Source: Paramoeba atlantica (taxonomy: Eukaryota; Protista; Discosea). From it: 29,143 bases of DNA. The notes beneath the pieces were generated by a model. It did no database searches and was not told where the DNA came from. It saw only the letters and a program-made list of their open reading frames with translations. The stretch lies in NCBI GenBank assembly GCA_977017575.1, contig CDRNVI010000108.1:1-29143 (forward strand), given 5' to 3'. Of the stretch, positions 23,168 to 29,143 are shown piece by piece (the stretch's first letter is position 1; every line of letters begins with the position of its first letter). The position numbers and the translations under genes were made by a program.

Positions 23168-23727
23168 AATACTTGTATGTTTTATTCTGGCTTTGAGTAA
23201 ATGCTAGTAGTTCGCTTAACACATGCTAGTCAATTAAAATTTAAAATTTAAAATTAATGGCGTAAGGGTGAGTAATATATAAAAACGGGACTTATAATTA
23301 TGTTTATATTATAAACTGGTTTATAAAGATTTAGGTAGTTGGAGGTGTAATAGACTAACAAGCCGATAATTCTTAGTTGATCTTAGAAGGAGGTACAACC
23401 ACATTGGGAATGAGAAAAGGCCCAAGTTCCATTAGGAGGCAGCAGTGAGGAATATTGAACAATGAGCGAAAGCTTGATTCAGCGAAACTACCTGAATTAT
23501 GACAATTTATTGAAAAATTCTTGTTTAAGTGAGCATAATGAGGTTAAACTTAAGAATAAGCATCGACTAACTTCGTGCCAGCAGTCGCGGTGATACGGAG
23601 GATGCGGGTGTTACTCAGCATTACTGGGCGTAAAGCGTATGATAAGTGGTTTATTTTTTAATAATATAATTTTAAAGGCGTTATTAGTAATAATGAATAA
23701 ATTATATATTAGTAAACTAAGAGTAGT
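23168..23727 (+). rRNA. rns: Mitochondrial small-subunit rRNA, 5' portion only, truncated at the junction
   Basis: CTTAACACATGCTAGTC, GGAGGCAGCAGTGAGGAATATTG, GTGCCAGCAGTCGCGGTGATAC and TACTGGGCGTAAAGCG; stops near E. coli-equivalent position ~660. Confidence 0.94.
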
Positions 23728-24592
23728 TTGGAAGAACATGGGATCGGTAGACCATCAACCTATGCATCGATCATTTCTACACTGCAAGCACGTGAATACG
23801 TACAACTTGATAATAAACGATTTACACCTACTGATGTGGGTCGCGTAGTCGCTAAATTCCTCACCACGTACTTTACCAATTATGTAGAATATAATTTTAC
23901 TGCGCGCATGGAAGATGCTTTAGATGAAATTGCACGTGGCGAAAAAGAATGGTTACCGTTAATGGATGAATTTTGGGAGCGCTTTAAGCAGCGCATTGAT
24001 GAAATTAATCAGACGGTCAAACGCAGTGATGTGACCCAAGAAAAACTCGATGAGAATTGTCCGAAATGTAGTAAACCATTATCCATTCGTTTGGGACGAC
24101 GTGGTCGCTTTATTGGTTGCACTGGTTATCCTGATTGTGATTACACACGCAATTTAGACGGTGACGATAATCAAGAACAAGTAGAAGCCGTTGAAGGACG
24201 TCAATGTCCTGAATGCCAACAAACATTAGTCATCAAAACGGGTCGTTATAGTAAATTCATCGGCTGCAGCAATTACCCTGAATGTAACTTCACTGAACCA
24301 TTAGAAAAAACCAAAAGACACTGAAATAGCATGTCCTAAGTGCAAAAAAGGTAATATATTAGAGCGTAAATCACGACGTGGTAAGATCTTTTATTCATGT
24401 GCCTGCTACCCTAATTGCGAATATGCATTATGGGATCCACCAATAGCAACACCATGCCCTAATTGTGAGTGGCCTATTTTAACGATTAAAACCACGAAGC
24501 GTAGAGGTCGTGAAATACTATGCCCACAACAGAACTGTAATTACCGTGAAGCCTATGAAGAAGATACAACGACTACTGATGGCTCCAAATAA
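23728..24592 (+). CDS. topA: Bacterial DNA topoisomerase I, C-terminal part (5' lost at junction), with a +1 frameshift in the A6 run at 24305-24310
   Basis: LEEHGIGRPSTYASII, FTARMEDALDEIA and repeated C4 zinc ribbons (CPKC...FIGCTGYPDC). After removing one A the frame continues PKDTEIACPKCKKG...CPNCEW...CPQQNC to TAA at 24590-24592. Confidence 0.93.
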
Positions 24593-24637
24593 TAAATTGT
24601 TAACTGCTTCCATTAACTATATAGATAAGATTGCAAC

Positions 24638-25192
24638 ATGTTAGATCAACAGTATATTGATCAAGCTGCATTACTATTACAACAGGGTGGAGTGATTGCT
24701 TACCCGACAGAAGGTGTGTACGGTTTAGGCTGCGATCCATTTAATCAAGTCGCCTGGCAACGTATCCTAGATATTAAACAACGTCCAGCAAACAAAGCAT
24801 TCATTGTGGTTGCCAGTGAATTTGCACAAATTGATAATATCATTGATACCTCTGCTGTTACTGATCTAGATTACATCATGACAACTTGGCCCGGCCCTGT
24901 TACTTGGATATTTCCATTGTCTGAAAAGGGACGTACACTATTGCTGCCAGGATTAACTTCATTAGCAGTACGGATTAGCGCACATCCTATTATCAAAACA
25001 GTATGTGAACAGTTTGCAAAACCGATAACATCAACCAGTGCGAATGTGGCGAATCAAACTCCGTTAACCGATTATGATGATGTCGTTACACAATTTGGTA
25101 AACAGGTTGATTTAGTCATCCCAGGAAATATTGACAATCATATTGGCCCGACACCAATATACGACGCGATAACAAAGGAAAAAATACGGTAG
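24638..25192 (+). CDS. tsaC: L-threonylcarbamoyladenylate synthase (YrdC/Sua5 family)
   Basis: GGVIAYPTEGVYGLGCDP, IKQRPANKAFI, LAVRISAHP and ITSTSAN motifs. Confidence 0.93.
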   Translation: MLDQQYIDQAALLLQQGGVIAYPTEGVYGLGCDPFNQVAWQRILDIKQRPANKAFIVVASEFAQIDNIIDTSAVTDLDYIMTTWPGPVTWIFPLSEKGRTLLLPGLTSLAVRISAHPIIKTVCEQFAKPITSTSANVANQTPLTDYDDVVTQFGKQVDLVIPGNIDNHIGPTPIYDAITKEKIR

Positions 25193-26116
<924 letters not shown>

Positions 26117-26148
26117 CACACTGTAATGTTCAGGAAAACAGGATAGCA

Positions 26149-26155
26149 AGGAGGT
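26149..26155 (+). promoter_or_regulatory. Shine-Dalgarno site for the hydrolase gene
   Basis: AGGAGGT ending 3 nt before the ATG at 26159. Confidence 0.7.
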
Positions 26156-26158
26156 AAC

Positions 26159-26881
26159 ATGCAAACACAATTGATTGAATACACACATACGGATACCACA
26201 TTAGAAGGCTTCTGTGCAGTTGATGCCACGCATGGTAAACAACAGCCATTGGTACTAGTTGCACATGCATGGGGTGGACGTGATCAATTTGCCTGTGATC
26301 AAGCACGTGCATTAGCTAAACTAGGATATGTCGGCTTTGCTATCGATATGTTTGGTAAAGGTGTATTAGGTAATAGTCGTGAACAAAACACACAATTAAT
26401 TGCCCCCTTTATCGAAGACCGACAATTCTTATTAGCACGTTTACAAGCTGGATTAGAGGCAGCTAAACAATTACCTTTTGTCGATCAACAACGTGTTGCT
26501 GCGATTGGATTTTGTTTTGGCGGATTATGCGTACTTGACTTAGCGCGTAGCGGAACAGCCATTAATGGTATTGTTAGTTTTCATGGTTTATTAAATGCGC
26601 CAGACAATGCGAGTCGCAATAATAACATTTCAGCAAAAGTACTGGTGTTACACGGTTATGATGATCCCATGGCAACTCCAGACCAAGTCATAACATTTTG
26701 TCAAGAAATGACGGCTACCAAAGCTGATTGGCAATCGCATGCCTATGGCAATACCATGCATGCCTTCACCAAGCCCGATGCAAACGACCCAGATTTTGGT
26801 ACGGTCTACAACGAATTGGCTAATCAACGTGCCTGGTTGGCGATGCAAAACTTCCTCACTGAGCTATTTACCACCTTATAG
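26159..26881 (+). CDS. Dienelactone hydrolase family alpha/beta hydrolase
   Basis: Nucleophile elbow IGFCFGG, SFHG, HGYDDP and catalytic-His motif TMHAFT. Confidence 0.92.
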   Translation: MQTQLIEYTHTDTTLEGFCAVDATHGKQQPLVLVAHAWGGRDQFACDQARALAKLGYVGFAIDMFGKGVLGNSREQNTQLIAPFIEDRQFLLARLQAGLEAAKQLPFVDQQRVAAIGFCFGGLCVLDLARSGTAINGIVSFHGLLNAPDNASRNNNISAKVLVLHGYDDPMATPDQVITFCQEMTATKADWQSHAYGNTMHAFTKPDANDPDFGTVYNELANQRAWLAMQNFLTELFTTL

Positions 26882-27352
26882 GGAATAAAACTAAGGAAAA
26901 ATTTTATTTTTCAGGTCAATTCAATCAGTTACAACAAGCTGAATATTGGCAATAAATTGGCCGACCAACTACACTTATAGGTAAGCGGTATTGTGTTATT
27001 GGTTATGCTATTTTGCGGCAACAAATGCACACTAAAAATTATAAGAAAAACATCTACATTTATTACACTCAATAAAAAATCATCAAATCTGCTAAATCGC
27101 AGCATTGGGGGTTTTATACATTTTTTTAATGCCCTTAAAACGGGTACACCGATGTTTTTCTTACTATCTCCCATAACACATAAACTGCTTATTTGTATAA
27201 ATAAATGATAATAAATAAATAACATTTTTGGCAGTTACATATTAGGGGTTATGCAATTAGTTAAATAATAATATTTGATTATTAACCAAATCTACTGAAT
27301 TATTATATCCCTAAATGCCGTTATGTAACCTGCACTATTAAGGTGGCAGCAG

Positions 27353-27895
27353 ATGGCATTACGTGTCCAGCAAACAAAAAAGAAATCCGCACTGGGATCA
27401 GCTGTATCAAAATGGCTGAGGTCTACGCATGATCTATTGTCACAATTAAGAAGTGTACGTTTTGGTGCTTACGCTCCTGTTGGCAGCAGTCTTGGTTACA
27501 ACACTATGCTCATTATTGGTGAAGCCATCATTGGTGGGATCTCTATTACTTATAGTACCCCAACATTGGCCACAGAATACCAAGACATGTTACATCGTCA
27601 CAAAAAAATTGATGAAGAATTTATACAATACCGAAAACTTAGTATTAATGATGGTGTAACCACACTTGAATTGGAACAGTATAAAAATTTCTTTGATGAA
27701 CAATTCTTATTGTTACACGAATTTGATGAGAATCTATTTGATTATTATGAAGCTGATTTAGACTCAGATACAAAAGGCGATGATGAACCTAGAGAACCCG
27801 AAATAATAAATGATCCACCAGTAACACCACCAATGCCTGAGATACCCGCACCTGAACCTGAACCAGAACCTGAGCCTGAGCCCGAGCCCGAGCCT

Positions 27896-27936
<41 letters not shown>

Positions 27937-29143
27937 TGAGCCTGAACCAGAACCTGAGCCTCAACCACCTACCGTAGACTTAAGTACCAATAGTGCTGGC
28001 ACCAGCTACTCTACCACATTTACTGAAGATACCAGTACAGTGGCATTAAACGATGGAACATTAAGTATTACTGATAGCGATAGCACGACATTAACATCTG
28101 CCACAATAAGGATTACTAACTTACTTGATACAAATGCTGAAATATTAGCAATCAATACGACTGGCACTAACATAGTAAGCAATTATGATACTAACACGGG
28201 CATCATGGAGCTAACTGGCACAGATACACTTGCCAATTATGAAACCGTATTAAAAACTTTAACGTATGAAAATAACTCAAATACGCCTAATACCACTAGC
28301 CGTACCATTGACATTAGTATTAGTGATGGCACTAATAGCACGGTTGCAACTGCAACCGTTAACATTACCCCAGCAAACGATATTTCCATAATTGATTTAA
28401 ATGGTGCAAGCACAGGCGGCACCAATTACACTACCACATTCGTAGAAAAAGGTGGTGCTATTACGATTACTGATAGCAATATCGCGATTACCGATCCAGA
28501 CAATACATCATTGCAATCTGCTGAAATTTCTATTACTAATATTTTAAATGCCGGTGAAGAAATATTAGCAACCGATACCACTGGCACTAATATTACTGCT
28601 AATTACAATAGCACTACTGGCGTATTATTATTAACTGGCAATGACTCAATCGATAATTATGTTAGTGTCATTCGACAAATCACTTTCGATTTAACATCGA
28701 ACAATCCTAATACAACACAAGATCGTATTATTGAATTTGTTGTCAACGACGGTGATGACAACAGTGCTACCGCGACTACAACCGTGACCATGAACGCTGT
28801 CAACGATGCACCCGTATTTGACCTCGATGGCTCTACCGGCGGTGTCGACTTCTCAACATCCTTCACTGAAGACGGGGGCGCAGTCAGCATCGTGGATACT
28901 GATTCCACCCTAACCGACGTTGATGATACCCATATTGAATCAGCTACCATTACCATCACTAACCAACTCGATGGCACCGACGAAACCTTAAACTTCGATA
29001 CCACGGGCACTAATATCACTGGCAACTATAACGCTGGCACTGGCGTACTAACGCTATCAGGCTCCGATGAACTCGCGGATTACTTAACTGTATTAAGCAC
29101 CATTACCTATAACAACACTAGCCAAAACCCAAACACCACGGCG
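27353..29143 (+). CDS. Large repetitive surface or secreted adhesin-like protein, N-terminal 597 aa (runs off the window; absent from the ORF track)
   Basis: Stop-free from ATG 27353 to the window end. N-terminal domain, acidic segment, (PE)18 linker, then about 142-aa Thr/Asp/Asn-rich Ig/cadherin-like repeats ([10 protein letters not shown]...FTEDGG...SATITITN...TGVLTLSG...TY.N.S..P). Confidence 0.88.
27851..27958 (+). repeat. Coding 6-nt tandem repeat, (CCN GAR)18 encoding (Pro-Glu)18
   Basis: 18 PE units counted; perfect CCAGAA x6 core at 27899-27934. Confidence 0.95.
27965..29143 (+). repeat. Three degenerate ~426-nt (142-aa) domain repeats, the third incomplete
   Basis: Boundary AAC GAT (ND) at 28376 and 28802, 426 nt apart; shared ACTGGCACTAA(T/C)AT (TGTNI) in each unit. 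Confidence 0.85.

Noticed and set aside
23639-23848. 69-aa ORF spanning the junction as a fusion gene
   Set aside because: Chance frame across rRNA and off-frame topA.
26130-27225. Small ORFs 26130-26312, 26648-26848, 26929-27225 and 26993-27208
   Set aside because: They are off-frame or antisense to the hydrolase, or low-complexity ORFs in an AT-rich intergenic region with no motif or RBS.
27851-27958. Tandem repeat as a CRISPR array or phase-variation switch
   Set aside because: No spacers, a 6-nt in-frame unit, and synonymous variation consistent with protein-level selection.
27453-29025. ORFs 27453-27659, 27764-27964, 28237-28425 and 28657-29025
   Set aside because: Alternate-frame or antisense shadows of the long adhesin ORF; the RFWFWF repeat is the reverse complement of (PE)n.

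Overview
The window joins two unrelated genomes. Bases 1 to about 23,727 are an extremely AT-rich, intron-free protist mitochondrial genome with every gene on the + strand and TGA read as Trp. Gene order: cob(3' part)-orf167-nad3-atp6-nad4L-nad5-nad6-nad11-nad1-nad4-nad2-rps2-rps4-atp1-cox2-cox3-cox1, then 13 tRNAs, atp9, 2 tRNAs, LSU rRNA, 2 tRNAs and a truncated SSU rRNA. The supplied ORF track fragments these genes because it treats TGA as stop. At about 23,728 the SSU rRNA switches abruptly into the middle of a proteobacterial topA, followed by tsaC, hemF, a dienelactone hydrolase and the start of a giant repeat adhesin-like gene. The strongest biological signal is in the tRNAs: 13 of 17 have mismatches in acceptor-stem pairs 1-3 (23 of 51 pairs, against 1 of 68 at pairs 4-7). 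That is the genomic signature of Acanthamoeba-type 5' tRNA editing by a Thg1-like 3'-5' polymerase. Together with nad11, atp1, code 4 and a Cox1 lacking its conserved C-terminal motif, it points to an amoebozoan host (inference). The junction is most likely an assembly or library chimera, possibly linking an amoeba with a co-sequenced bacterium. Single-base frameshifts in cox1 and topA are more likely sequencing errors than recoding. I found no well-supported, wholly new system; the editing mechanism class is known, though the lineage and several predicted edits may be new.
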